From contig NC_083223.1 of assembly GCF_032191835.1 (NCBI RefSeq), positions 90,706,001 to 90,770,000 on the forward strand: 64,000 nt of DNA. The letters run 5' to 3'. Positions 1 through 12,430 of this stretch are shown in pieces. Origin of the DNA: Heteronotia binoei. Lineage: Eukaryota. Under the pieces are notes generated by a model. That model saw nothing but the letters and a program-made list of their open reading frames with translations, was not told where the DNA came from and ran no database searches. Position numbers and translations under genes: made by a program. Numbering within the stretch: the stretch's first letter is position 1; each line of letters starts with the position of its first letter.

Positions 1-1500
1 TGCGGGGGAAGCGAGCGGCGAGAGGAGCCCGAGGCGAAAAAGTAGCTGTCAAATGCGCGGCTCCTTTAAGCGGAGCCCTCAGTCCGGCTCGGAGAGTCAT
101 GGCGACCACAGCGTCTAACCACTACAGCCTGCTCACCTCCAGCTCGCCCATGGTGCACGCCGAGCCGCCGGGGAGCATGCAGCCGGGCGCCGGCTACAGG
201 GACGCCCAGGCGCTGGTGCAGGCGGACTACGCGCTGCAGAGCAACGGGCACCCGCTCAGCCACGCTCACCAGTGGATCACGGCGCTGTCCCACGGCGGCG
301 GCGGAGGCGGCGGGGGCGGCGGCGGCGGAGGAGGCGGCGGGGGCGGCGGCGGCGGCGGGGACTCGCCCTGGTCCACCAGCCCGCTGGGCCAGCAGGACAT
401 CAAGCCCTCGGTGGTGCAGGCCGGCGGCCGGGGGGACGAGCTGCAGCAGCAGCAGCAGCAACAGCAGCACCACCCGCAGCAGCAGCAGCAGCCCGGGCGG
501 CCGCCGCACCTGGTGCACCACGCCGGGAGCCACCACGCCGCCGTGGCCGCGGCGGTGGCGTGGAGGACTGGCGGCTCGGCTCACCTGCCGCCGGGCATGG
601 CGGCGGCCAACGGCGGCGGTCAGGGCGGGCTCCTCTACTCGCAGCCGCCGGGCTTCACGGTCAACGGGATGCTGGGCGGCGGGCAGCCGGGCATGCACCA
701 CCACGGCCTGCGGGACGCCCACGAGGAGCCGCCGCCGCCCCCCCACCACCCCGACCACCTCCCCCAGCCGCCGCCGCCGCCGCACCCGCACGCCGGCCAG
801 CCCCCGCCGCCGCCGCACCACCACCCGCACCACCACCACGAGGCGCACTCGGACGAGGACACGCCGACCTCGGACGATCTGGAGCAGTTCGCCAAGCAGT
901 TCAAGCAGCGGCGCATCAAACTGGGATTTACCCAAGCGGACGTGGGCTTGGCCTTGGGCACGCTCTACGGCAACGTCTTCTCGCAGACCACCATCTGCCG
1001 CTTCGAGGCCCTCCAGCTGAGCTTCAAGAACATGTGCAAGTTGAAGCCTTTGTTGAACAAGTGGCTCGAGGAGGCGGACTCGTCGTCCGGCAGCCCCACC
1101 AGCATAGACAAGATCGCGGCGCAGGGGCGCAAACGGAAAAAGCGCACCTCCATCGAGGTGAGCGTCAAGGGCGCCCTCGAGAGCCATTTCCTCAAGTGCC
1201 CCAAGCCCTCCGCCCAGGAGATCACCTCGCTGGCGGACAGCCTCCAGCTCGAGAAAGAGGTGGTCCGCGTGTGGTTTTGTAACAGGAGACAGAAAGAGAA
1301 ACGCATGACTCCCCCGGGAGGGACTCTGCCGGGAGCCGAGGACGTGTATGGGGCCAGCAGGGACACGCCGCCGCCGCCGCACCACGGGGTACAGACTCCT
1401 GTGCAGTGAACGCCGCCCCCGCCAACGCCGCTGGCGGAGGAGGAGGAGCAGGGAGGGAGCTGGGGAGGGGGGCCGGCCCCTGGCCCCCTCCCCCTAACCC
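1..1500. promoter_or_regulatory. CpG island covering the POU3F2 5' leader and gene body
   Basis: Very high GC and dense CpG throughout (by eye). Leader 40-98 (tgtcaaatgcgcggctcctttaa...gagagtcATG) resembles the mammalian POU3F2 5' leader as I recall it. Confidence 0.8.
99..1409 (+). CDS. POU3F2: POU class 3 homeobox 2 (Brn-2/N-Oct-3), single-exon CDS, 436 aa
   Basis: N-terminus [15 protein letters not shown]...[18 protein letters not shown]-specific domain [28 protein letters not shown], class III homeodomain [20 protein letters not shown]...[14 protein letters not shown]-terminus [24 protein letters not shown] typical of Brn-2 rather than Brn-1, Brn-4 or Oct-6. Neighbour FBXL4 matches known synteny. 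Confidence 0.98.
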   Translation: MATTASNHYSLLTSSSPMVHAEPPGSMQPGAGYRDAQALVQADYALQSNGHPLSHAHQWITALSHGGGGGGGGGGGGGGGGGGGGGGDSPWSTSPLGQQDIKPSVVQAGGRGDELQQQQQQQQHHPQQQQQPGRPPHLVHHAGSHHAAVAAAVAWRTGGSAHLPPGMAAANGGGQGGLLYSQPPGFTVNGMLGGGQPGMHHHGLRDAHEEPPPPPHHPDHLPQPPPPPHPHAGQPPPPPHHHPHHHHEAHSDEDTPTSDDLEQFAKQFKQRRIKLGFTQADVGLALGTLYGNVFSQTTICRFEALQLSFKNMCKLKPLLNKWLEEADSSSGSPTSIDKIAAQGRKRKKRTSIEVSVKGALESHFLKCPKPSAQEITSLADSLQLEKEVVRVWFCNRRQKEKRMTPPGGTLPGAEDVYGASRDTPPPPHHGVQTPVQ

Positions 1501-1580
1501 CTTCCTCCTCCGGCCTTTTGATTGTTTCCCCCCTCCCCCCCTTAAAACAAACAAAACAAAAACAAAACAGGCAGACAAAC

Positions 1581-2388
1581 AGGAAGGAAGGAAGGAAGGA
1601 AGGCGACTGCACTGAACTCTCCTTGAAACGGTAGCAAAGTGTGTAATGAATGGTGTGTTTTGACCTTTACAGGCGACTAACCAGGCAATGGAGTGCAGTG
1701 AGTATATGGATGCGTGTGCAACAGAGGCGAGTGCGTGTCTGCCCCCCCCCCTTCCATCTCTCTCTCTCTCTTTCTCTCTCTCGGTCTTCCTCGCATCCAG
1801 GCCGAAAAGGCTTCCAAACGTCGTGCGGGGGGGGGGGGAGGGGAGAACTTCCTCCCTGGGCAAAGACAAAAGTTGGCCTGCCTTAACATCAAATGTTTGA
1901 GGGTTTATGCCAAAGGCAGTTAGGAAGGCAGGAAAGATGCTTCAGTGCTCTGGAACCCTCCGCCTGGCTGGAGTCCGGGGAAGGGACATGGGGAAGAAGG
2001 CAGTGTGCTCTCGGTCGCGTTCGATAGTCTCCCTCTCCCTCCCCCGCATGAATTTACACTGCAAGAAAACCCAAGTTTACGCGTAGCATACCTTTGCTGA
2101 AAATGACTTGCATTTCCCGCGCTGGCCAGGCGGGTCAGGGGAGCAGCTGTTTGCTGTCCTCTTTGTGTGGCTGTGAAGTTTGGGTACCCAAAGGATCGCC
2201 CCTTATTTGTTCTTTCGGACATCCTTTAACCTCCAGAATGGGGACTGCAGGGCTTTTTACTTCCTAAGTAGGTCTTTAGTGTCAGGAAGAGGGCAGAGGA
2301 GAAAGGAGGAGGAGAGACAGCTCTGGCCTGCCCGAAAGGTGGTCCTACAGTTATGCCCTATGCAATGCAAGAGGCAGTGTGTGCGCGA

Positions 2389-2419
<31 letters not shown>

Positions 2420-3415
2420 TCATTTGGGGGCAGAGGTGGTGGAAGGTTGAAAGATGGAGCAATATCAATAAAGACTGGCGGTCCTGTTTGGGCAAGCCAT
2501 GGCTGAAGGACACCTCTGTGTATCTCTATGTGTGTCTGCCAGAGACACAGAGAGAGTGAACGATAGGCAGTCATAGCCTAGCATGTTAACATGGAAGGGA
2601 GTCTCCTTAGGCTTAGATGAGTTCACCACCAGGTAAGTGTACCTGGGGTTGCTACTGCTCTTCTTTCCCACCAGAAAGTGGCACTTTGAAAAGATCTAAA
2701 AACTGTGGATAAAATGGGGGAGGGGAGAGAGAGAGAAAGAGAGAGAGCTGGATGCTGAGCTTCACGGGTAATACACAGGAAGTTCTCTGTACCGTCTTGA
2801 GTTCTAGACGCTATTCTGTGCTAGAACACTGATGTTGGGATCTGCTTCAAATTTGGAAAGGGAGGGGAGAGAATCGAACCAAAAAAGACCCTTCATTCTG
2901 ATCCTCTAGCAGAGTCGCTTGGAAGTAAGTTCCTGCGTGGGGGGTATTTAGGGCTGCAGCTTGAGAGAGAGGGAGAGAGAGAGAGAGAGAGCTGGCCTCC
3001 CACTTGTTCAGAGCGGAAGAAGGTAAAAACGATTCCAGACTGGCACCCACCTCACAAACAGAAGTGGAGGCAAGTCCCGGTGCTTTCCCTGGAACTTACT
3101 TTCACCCTGTTTAGGGTCTGGGTGTTACAGATGAGGTTTAGGAATTGCAAGCCTGGACCTTCTCATCTCAATGGGAGGCTTCGGTGAGGACCTGCCTTAT
3201 AGTCATGTGCCAAACACACCAGAGAATCTGGTTTAAACCGATGGAGCGCCCCACAGCGGGGTTAAAACTGTGAAGGTGTCCACGCTGAGTTCCATAGAAA
3301 CTAATAGGACTTACTTCCAAGTAAACAAGTTAATGGGATTGATTTCAAATCCAAGTGCTTGGTGTCAGTGGCTCATGGACCCCAGTTCTGGCCACACACA
3401 CACACACACACACAC
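1581..3415. repeat. Microsatellites in the POU3F2 3' UTR: (AGGA)n 1581-1603, (CT)n about 1757-1782, (GA)n about 2396-2419, 2725-2746 and 2963-2989, (CA)n 3393-3415
   Basis: Directly visible simple repeats. Confidence 0.9.
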
Positions 3416-4663
3416 GGAAGCATTTCTGTTTAGGAGTTACTCTCTATTTTTTTTAGGTGCACCCTCTCCCCCTCCCCCCCCAATTCTTTACTGAAATTTC
3501 AGCATAATGTGTGGCATGGAAAAGGGGCGGGTGAGAGAGAGACCGGCTTTACTGGGTCCGCCTTTTCTCTTTCTCTGGAGGGAGCCAAACGCTGTGAAAA
3601 CAAAGCAACCAAAATGCCATTTTCAATCCTTCCCCCTTTTGTTAGTCAGTTTAATAGATGCATTTCCTTGCTGGGAAAACGGTTAACTTTCCAAAAAAGC
3701 AAAAGGCTTTAGAGAGGGCAGGAAGGGAGACCTTGAAACTGTATATTATATTCTATACTGGGGTGGGGTGGGATAACCCTTGAAACTGTGATGGTGAGAG
3801 ATTTCACATTTTGAAGCATCTATTCAGCACAAAAGGGGAGTATGCAACTTTTTATTTAAAAAAAAATCTTTGCAAAGTTTGTCTAGCGAAATATTTGAGA
3901 ATTGTGAGGCCAATGAACCTTTTTTTCCAGAGCAACTGGCAGGTAAACATTGGAATGGTGAGATGGAGGTTTACAAATACGTCCTTCGTTGATCGTTCTA
4001 AGCCTTAGAAAGGCATGTGATGTTCTCCTCCTCCCCCCTCCCCTTGAAAAGACAAATACATTCCCCCAAGAAGCCTGTTCAATTGCCTTTATTCTATTTT
4101 TCTCAATCACCCCCTCCCCCACAATATGGACACTAATTTTTAAGGGTATTGAGCTGCTGGTTGTTATGGTCTGGAGATGAACCTAAAGACTTTCAGGTCA
4201 GGGGCAGAGAAAATGGCAAATGAGTGGAAGTGAACTTTCAGAAACTTATTAATACCTGGGTAAGGTCAAAAGAAGGAGTTTGGGGGAGAGATTTCTGCAG
4301 ATCCTCTAAACCCCTGAATAGGTTTACTTAAAATAATAATAAAAAGTTACCACGCAAACCTTACCGCTCTGTATATATGTTCGATATTTGTCCTTCGAAA
4401 TGCAGAAATAGTTTAAATGTTTTCTTTGTCTATTTTTTTTAATGCTACCCAGGGAAATATTTTCATATCATTTTTAAGTGGCCTGCCTCAATGTATATTT
4501 ATTTCTTTTAAAGCAAACAGGTTCTGGAAACTGTTTTTTTCCCTGTAGCTTTAAATGAGTAGGAGAACAAAAAAAAAATCTATATGAGATGTAATTTTTT
4601 TTGTTCAGTCTCTTTAAAGGAATACTTTGTTTTTGGTACATTTGGATGTGCTTGTGGGGAAAA

Positions 4664-4669
4664 AATAAA
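4664..4669 (+). terminator. Probable POU3F2 polyadenylation signal AATAAA (3' UTR about 1410-4740)
   Basis: AATAAA at the end of a long AU-rich block (4300-4790) with U-rich sequence downstream. Further AATAAA hexamers near 4823 and 4930 are alternatives. Confidence 0.55.
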
Positions 4670-4949
4670 AGCGCAGAGATCCTTATATATTTATGTTAAA
4701 GTAATATTTTATTATCTACATAAAACAGAAATACACAAGACTTTTATAGTTTGTTCTAATTATTGGCATATCTTTTTTTTTGAGAAATAGTTTTGAGTGG
4801 CGGCATAGTTCTTTGGGAAAAATAAATGAGCGGGGGGGGCAATAGATTCTAGTCCTTTTATCAAGTTGTTTTCCATGCAAAATGCGGGGGGGGGGCAGCG
4901 CCCTTCCTTTCGGCTTCCTGACATTTTGGAATAAATCTGTTGACAGATT

Positions 4950-5230
4950 CAGCTGGTGTAACTTCTATAGGGGTTCCCGTGCGAGAGGCCTTGGGCCTGG
5001 TCGCTTGTGAGCCAGGCGCAAGCCGGTTTCAGAGAGGCGCACATTGATGTTCTGCACAGCCAGCGCGGCGTGTCGTTTGATGCTCTGGCCAGCGGTTTCT
5101 CTTGGAAGCGCATGTGCGGGGAAAAAGCGGCCACGATCCTTCCTCTGAGGCTAAAGTCATCTAAAGCGTCTTTTGCCTAAAAGTCGCCCTCACTGTAGGC
5201 TGCGATCCGATCTGTAGGCGCGCGCTTACT
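4950..5230. promoter_or_regulatory. Small CpG-rich island just downstream of the POU3F2 3' end
   Basis: Local CpG density (gcgcaagccgg, gcgcggcgtgtcg, ggcgcgcgc) contrasts with the AT-rich UTR end. Confidence 0.5.
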
Positions 5231-6483
5231 TGGAAGTAAAAGTTCTGATTAGACGAACGAGGGAATTGAAGTGATTCAAGAGCAATGCTGAAAAGCAAGA
5301 CCTTTTCTCCCGAGTAGGAAGGTTGACTTCCCGCTGCAGGCCAGAAATGAGTCCAACGCTGAGCTGGAGGAAGTGGGTTTAAGATAACTGCTGCAACCCA
5401 GTGCTTTCAGTTTGGCCTGGCTTTGTTTGGTGCTTAGTCTAGGAGGGGAGGGACTGTGCGTTCGTGCTGTCTTTCACCCAAAGTGCCCTGGGGCTGGGGT
5501 TTAGCTGGGTTTCCCTTCTCCAAAGATGTATTTTGTCTGGACCAACAGCTCGCCTTTTGAAGGGCCTTGAGGGGCCTTTGGGGTTTGGTTTTGTGTGAGT
5601 GGACGTGGTTAGTGCTCATTCACACCCATCTCCTTGCTTGTTTGCTGCTTTGTTTTTTTTTTTCTTTGCGATTGGAATAAAGTTGCATCTCCGCCCACAA
5701 CAGAGGAGCAGCGAAGATGTTTTGTGCTTAGATTTATCCGGACTCCTGTCCCTGCTTGGGAGGTGAGTTCCTTTGAAATAAATGAAACTTCCTCCTTAAG
5801 CCTGCAGAACTGACTGCTCAGTGAAGACGCGCTTCAGTTCGATGGCTTTTAGTTGAACTGGGCTGTGGAACATCCTGCGGGGGAGGAGGGGGAGGGCATA
5901 GCTTGGCAAATCTCTGTATTGCGGGGGGGGGGGCAAGGAAAACGACCTCAGCAACTTCTACACCCCTATGCTAACTTATGGAGGTTATGGCTGAGGAAAT
6001 TCGAAGGTGTTGTCCTAGCCCCCAGTGAAATCCACAGCAGCTTCGCTGCGTTAGAGGCCAGTGGGTGTGAGATGGTGAGCGACGCCAGCGTGTTTTCAGG
6101 TGATAACATCATCTTCTAGTTTGCTGGGCTTTTATAAGTGAAATGCTCCCCCCCGTTTCCGTGCTAACTCTTCTTCTCCACCCCTCCCTCTTTTACGATA
6201 GTTTCCAGGCTTATTAGATTTAATCATCTTTTCTAACTCCTAGTCAATACTACACGCGTCCCAAACAGATTCAGCTAAATGATCTTATCAATAGTCTGGA
6301 AGCGAAGTGACAGAAAGAAGGAGTGTTCTGCGACCGCAGATATGCTGATGGGTAAAATGTTTAAGCTGGGTATAGATTGAACGTCCGTTAGTCAATAGTT
6401 CGCTGGATTGTTTATATTTTTAAATGGAGGGGGGGTGTTGGAGGAGATGAAAACTGGGCAGCATCTGCCCTCTGCAGGACACT

Positions 6484-6778
6484 NNNNNNNNNNNNNNNNN
6501 NNNNNNNNNNNNNNNNNNNNNNNNNNNNNNNNNNNNNNNNNNNNNNNNNNNNNNNNNNNNNNNNNNNNNNNNNNNNNNNNNNNNNNNNNNNNNNNNNNNN
6601 NNNNNNNNNNNNNNNNNNNNNNNNNNNNNNNNNNNNNNNNNNNNNNNNNNNNNNNNNNNNNNNNNNNNNNNNNNNNNNNNNNNNNNNNNNNNNNNNNNNN
6701 NNNNNNNNNNNNNNNNNNNNNNNNNNNNNNNNNNNNNNNNNNNNNNNNNNNNNNNNNNNNNNNNNNNNNNNNNNNNNN
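6484..6778. other. Assembly gap (295 N)
   Basis: N run. Confidence 1.
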
Positions 6779-6977
6779 AAAATTAGATGACAGGGTGTTG
6801 GTTTGGATCAGGTGTGATTTTGATGCCCCCCACCCTTGCTTTAAACCGCCTTACCTAGAGAATGCGTGTTGTGTTTGTTGCTGGAACTGCCGGGGCGTAT
6901 ATAGAGTGCTCAGGAAGGCAAAGCAGCGAGGCAGTGGAGACTAGTTTGAAAAGGGGTAGCTGTGTTACTCTCTCACA

Positions 6978-7055
6978 GAAAAATAAAAGTCCAGTGGGAC
7001 CTTCAAGACTAACTCCATTCGAACCTAAGCTCTGGTGAGGTACATCTCACTTTTT
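6978..7055. mobile_element. Degenerate Penelope-type terminal-repeat fragment
   Basis: agtccagtgggaccttcaagactaac...taagctctggtgaggtacatctcacttttt resembles the left arm of the repeat at 16757-16873. Confidence 0.45.
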
Positions 7056-7612
7056 CTCAGGTATGTGGAGGGAAATCTTATTGGGAAACGTTTTTGGTTT
7101 TGCTTGAGGTCTATTTCTTTGAAAGACAATGAGGCAGAATTAGGAATATTAATAAGCTCCATCTACTTAATGAAAAAGAACTAAACAATCCTCAAGCACA
7201 AAGGGGGAAACTGACCAGTAATGTTGTAGGTTTCCTTTCACCGTCCTTTTCTCCAACTGTCAACAAGACGAAACTATAGTTACTTTCCGCTTTTGCTAGG
7301 TGTTTTGCTAAGTGCTAGATCGAAATGCTTAGGCTGACACCTATTTTTTGACACCTATTTCCGTTCTTGTTCAGGGAATTGAAGTCTTAAGACATACCCA
7401 AAAAGCAGCAAAAAAAGCATTGCATTTGTGAATGGGATAGGAGAAGTTTCCAAATAATCGTTTGTGGGGTTCCCTGCGTTAGAATTTGAAGTCAGTTCAG
7501 TTCTCAGCTCTTTGCAAGAAACTGAGAGGTAGGAGCAGCGGCCGAGAAATATTAGAACTAGAACAAAATCGTGGACGAGAAGAAATCTGAGAGAATTTCT
7601 AACTCTCTAATG

Positions 7613-8910
7613 AACATAAGAACATAAGAGAAGCCATGTTGGATCAGGCCAATGGCCCATCCAGTCCAACACTCTGTGTCACACAGTGGCCAAAAAAAAA
7701 ACAACAACCCAAGTGCCATCAGAAGGTTCACAAGTGGGTCTAGAAGCACACCCCCCCCCAAACACCAAGAATACAGAGCATCACTGCCCCAGACAGTTCC
7801 AATAATGTACTGTGGCTAATAGCCACTGATGAAAGCCACTCTGCTACATATTTTTATCCAACCCCCTCTTGAAGCTGGCTATGCTTGTAGCCGCCACCAC
7901 CTCCTGTGGCAGTGAATTCCAATGTTAATCACTCTTTGGGTGAAGAAGTACTTCCTTTTATCCATTCTAACCCGACTGCTTAGCAATTTAATTGAATGCC
8001 CACGAGTTCTTGTATTGTGAGAAAGGGAGAAAAGTACTTCTTTCTCTACTTTCTCCATCCCATGCATAATCTTGTAAACTTCTATCATGTCACCCCTCAG
8101 TCGACGTTTCTCCAAGCTAAAGAGTCCCAAGCGTTTTAACCTTTCTTCATAGGGAAAGTGTTCCAAACCTTTAATCATTCTAGTTGCCCTTTTCTGCACT
8201 TTTTTCAGTGCTATAATATCCTTTTTGAGGTTGTACACAGTATTCCAAATGAAACCGCACCATCGATTTAAACAGGGGCATTATGATACTGCCTGATTTG
8301 TTTTCAATTCCCTTCCTAATAATTCCCAGCATGGCGTTGGGCATTTTTACTGTCTTGGCATTTTCAGTGAGTTATCTACCACGACCCCAAGATCTTTCTC
8401 TTGGTCAGCCTCTGCCAGTTCACACCCCATCAACTTGTATTTGTAGCTGGGATTTTTTGACCCCAATGTGCATTACTTTGCGCTTGGCCACATTGAACCT
8501 CATCTGCCACGTTGACGCCCACTCACCCAGTCTCAACAGATCCCTTTGGAGTGCCTCACAATCCTCTCTGGTTCTCACCACCCTGAACAATTTAGTGTCA
8601 TCTGCAAACTTGGCCACTTCACTGCTTACTCCCAACTCCAAATCATTAAGTTAAAGAGCATGGGACCCAGTACTGAGCTCTGCGGCACCCCACTGCTTAC
8701 CGTCCTCCACTGCGAAGACTGCCCATTGATATTCACTCTCTGCTTCCTATTAATTAGCCAGTTTTTGATCCGCAAGAGGACCTGTCCTTTTACTCCATGA
8801 CTCTCGAGCTTACTAAGGAGCCTTTGATGAGGAACTTTATCAAAAGCTTTCTGGAAGTCAAGGTAAACAATATCTATTGGGTCCCCTTTGTCCACATGTT
8901 TGTTCACCCC
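7613..8910 (-). mobile_element. 5'-truncated CR1 LINE (RT C-terminal part and 3' UTR), frameshifted
   Basis: ORF fragments DIVYLDFQKAFDKVPHQRLL, KFADDTKLFRVV, VQKRATRMIKGLEHFPYEERLKRLGLFSLEKRRLRGDMIEVYKI. 3' terminal (CTTATGTT)-type repeat at 7613-7628. 6-bp TSD CTAATG at 7607-7612 and 8911-8916. Confidence 0.93.
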
Positions 8911-9014
8911 CTAATGGCTAAGAGAGGAAAGAGTTTCACCTAAATAAAGTGCCTTGGAGAATTGGCTATAAGAATTTCTTTTTAAACACCTATAGCTGAA
9001 CTTGGACTCAGTAG

Positions 9015-9177
9015 NNNNNNNNNNNNNNNNNNNNNNNNNNNNNNNNNNNNNNNNNNNNNNNNNNNNNNNNNNNNNNNNNNNNNNNNNNNNNNNNNNNNNN
9101 NNNNNNNNNNNNNNNNNNNNNNNNNNNNNNNNNNNNNNNNNNNNNNNNNNNNNNNNNNNNNNNNNNNNNNNNNNNNN
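9015..9177. other. Assembly gap (163 N)
   Basis: N run. Confidence 1.
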
Positions 9178-11379
9178 CAGGGGTCGTTGCAGTCTAAATC
9201 TGTAGAAAAGCTTAAGTGGTTTTTGAGGTATTTGCATTTCTGGTCCCTCCCCCTCCCTTTCTTTTATGGAGATAATTTCTGTTGTTTAAGTGGAAGCTAT
9301 TGCATTAGGCTTCTTTTTAATAGAAGTGTTTCCCTCCTTAAGTTGCAGGGATGGTTGTTTACATTTCTGGACCATGTAATAAATAATTATGTAAATAACG
9401 CCGAGCATCCCCCCCCTCCCCCTCAAAAAAAATGTAGCCGTTCCACAATGTTCCAGAAGGCCTTTATGGAGAGAAAGCATAATCTTTATTCCTCCTCCTC
9501 CCCATCTACAAGCCAAGCCCGTTTCAGTACTGGTCAGTCCGCACCGCTTTACTTGACAATCCTTCCTCTGATTTTGCTTGCTGTTTCTAAGCTTTTTTGT
9601 CCTGGCACTAGAAGGCTGTTTCTCAAAGGCTGCCCGCCTTGCTCTTTCCAGAGAAATCCAACCGACCTTGTTCTGGTTTGGTAAGGATTAGTTGCAAGCC
9701 CTCTCGGAAAGGAGAGACGATTAAACAGACCCTAAAGCTTACGAGATGCTTTTCGTAGTGGTGGATAATAACCCAGGCTCTTTGGGTCGGAATGCAAATA
9801 CTTACTGGCCAGTGAAGGCTGGCGGCCAAAGGTTCTGAGACCCGGGGTTCCCGCTGGATCTTGGGAATGGGAAAAGGTGGAGGAAACCAGGTGTCGGGGA
9901 GAAATCGAAGGTGGCTTAGCTAACCTAACCTTTTGGGGAAGGTCTGTGTACACTTACACAGTTGTTGCTGCAGGGGCATTTGACTTTACAAGTGCAGATT
10001 GTTTTTAAGCTCCTTTTTGTCACCAACCCTCTCAGGTATTGGCAAATCATAGGAGCAAAAGCGGCATTTTCAGAATTACGGCCATAATTAAACATAGATG
10101 CCCCCAATAGCGGTTTGTTCCCAAACCTTGGCTAAGTCTGTGTAGCCGTGAGTCGCGTTGAATGCAGGGTTGCGCTGGAGGGCTTCTTTGCACCCCCACT
10201 GGACAGTAAATCCCACTGATTTCGATAGGACTCACTTGCTGCAAGTGGACATGTACACTCAGAATTGTGCCGCACAAACACCCTGACCAGGAAGTGAAGC
10301 AACCGGAAACAAGAATGTGTCTGGGTTCTAATATTAGTTTCGAAACACCTCAAACCCCCCCCCCCCTCCATTCCTTTAGAGAAATCTCTCGACAGGGAGC
10401 TCGAACTTATGTTTAATGCTATCGCAGGAGTTCTGAGTTGTTTCCGAGTGCACAGCGGAAAAGTGCTCCTGACAGGATTAAGGAGCTTCAGTTCGCCTCT
10501 CGAGGGTCCCTCAAATGTGGCTTGGAACGAATTTGCAGGAGGAAAGCGGATGGGATGTGGTGCGAGGATGTAGATTGTTCTGTTGTTGCAGGGGGGGGGG
10601 GGGGGGGACTCATAGCAATAACCCCCAGAGGTAGCTTTGGCAGCTTTTTGTGGTCGGGTTATGGTAACTGTGAGAGTCTTCTGAAAAAGAGTTGAAGGCT
10701 GAAGTCACAGAAGCTGTAATTCACTTTCCCTCCGAAGGAATCCAGCTCCTGTTTGAAGCCGCAGCTGGAAAAAAGTGTTCGGCGTCTCTGCTTTAAGCAC
10801 CTTTGCCCTCGGAGTCAGGGGGATTTACTTCTCTGAGAAGGTATAGGATCGGTGTCGGACGGGTAGCTTTCCAGGGCAATGTGACCTGGGAGGAGAGGGG
10901 CCGGCGCTGGCTCCTCCTGCGAAGGGCTTCTTGGCTCAGTTCTTCCCATCCTGCCCCGAATCCCTACAAGGAAAACAGCCAGGTCTTTCGGAATGTTTTG
11001 ATTTAATTTAACATAATTTTTTGGACTCACGGATCCTTCCTCTCTTGAAAAGAAATCCCCTTGGATTGCAGTGGGCACGGCTCTCCAAGTCAATGTCTGC
11101 GCAGAAGCGAGATGTTAAGAGTTTGTGTTTAGCCCTAAAGTTGTGATGGAGAAGGGGACTCTGGGCTAGGAGGGAAGCAGCAAGTTTGGGGGAAAAAAAC
11201 CCTGCTCTTCTCCGGGGGACTTTTGAAACCAAGCTGAAGGGGACATTCAGAACAGCAGGGCTCCTTTGTTTCTCCCCAGGGCGAAGAGTTTCTGAAGCGG
11301 GTGGCTGAACTGGTCGGAGGGGAAGAAGCAAAGGCCCGGACGAGGGAAGTCCCTCTCCTTTGGGGGGTCTGTGGCCCAA

Positions 11380-12430
11380 GGAGGCCTAGAGAGGCCCGTA
11401 GCCCTGCCTGCCTCCCCCAAATGACAGGCTGTCCCGCGGACCATCTGATGCTGGCCAGTGCCCCATAGAGGGCGAAGCGGGGGGAAAGGCGAAGGGCGAA
11501 CTCGGAGAATCCGCCGGAGCCGAAAGCCTGGCCGGAGCGGGACGCCTCAGCGCCCCCCCCCCCCCACGGTTTGGCTTGAAAGCCAGCCCACCCCTCGCCC
11601 TCCCCCCAGGCGCTGCCGGGACCGGGGTCCCCCGGGGTCGCCGCTTGGCAGTTTGGAGGGGCAGGAAGCAAAGGGGGGGGGGGGGAGAGGGACACAGTTG
11701 TCCCGCGGTCCTCGGGTGGCCTTTCTTGCCCTGGAGTCAGGCTTGGGGGCCGCCGCGAGAGCGCCTTTTACCCTGGGGAAAGATGTCCTTTTGTTTTATC
11801 TCCTGGCCCGCCTCTGGCGTGGAGAGCAGCCTTCTCGAGCCGCCGGACAGAGCCTTCCTTTCCCCCAGATGGGCCTCAGTCGGTAGGGGGGGGGGTTGTG
11901 GGGGGGGGCGAGAGCGGTCATCTTGGAGCGACTCTTGCTTTGCGGAGCTTCAGGGCAACCTGTCCAGCGGCTGCCTGAACCCGCGGGCCGCGTCGCCTGC
12001 TTGCCCAAGGCCGGCCCACCTGCAAGCCGAGGGGCGGCTTCTCTCCTGCCCCCGTGCTTAGCATCCTGGCTCGGCCAAGCCCGCTCCTGCCCCAGTCGAA
12101 CTTCGCCGGGCAAGTTTGGGGCGGGCGGCGGCTGCTGCCTGGTTCATTAATCGCGGGCGCCGGCTGGATTTCATTCCGCGCGCCCGTCATTCACTGCCAG
12201 GTCCGCGGAGGCCCCAGCGCTCGGGGCAGGCTGCAGGAGGGGAGACGCGCGCACCAGGACACCGGGGCGGCCCATTCATTTCCTCCCCTCCGCCTGTGGA
12301 TTCCGAAGACTTTGAAGCAGGCGCAATCATTACACTAATTTGTATTTGATTGTTTGGGCGGACGAGGGTGAGTTTTATTACACTAAAGCATTCAAGCACG
12401 CACGCACCGCTGATTAGCGGTATACGTTAA
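11380..12430. promoter_or_regulatory. CpG island about 10 kb downstream of POU3F2
   Basis: High GC and CpG density with no coding signal. Its ORFs are low-complexity P/G/R/A shadows. Confidence 0.7.

Noticed and set aside
597-700. Internal ATGs in POU3F2 as N-Oct-5-type short isoform starts
   Set aside because: Present, but the origin of those isoforms is disputed and nothing here distinguishes this ortholog.
66-1385. 439-aa antisense ORF and 336-aa alternative-frame ORF (272-1282) over POU3F2
   Set aside because: Shadow ORFs expected from extreme GC content and codon bias. Low-complexity R/G/A/V translation with no independent signal.
6408-9237. ORFs 6408-6944, 8911-9237 and 9002-9205
   Set aside because: They are open only because they cross N gaps.
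9792-9799. Canonical octamer ATGCAAAT (also 22154, 22388 and 33729)
   Set aside because: A few hits are expected by chance in 64 kb of AT-rich DNA, and one lies in a repeat remnant.
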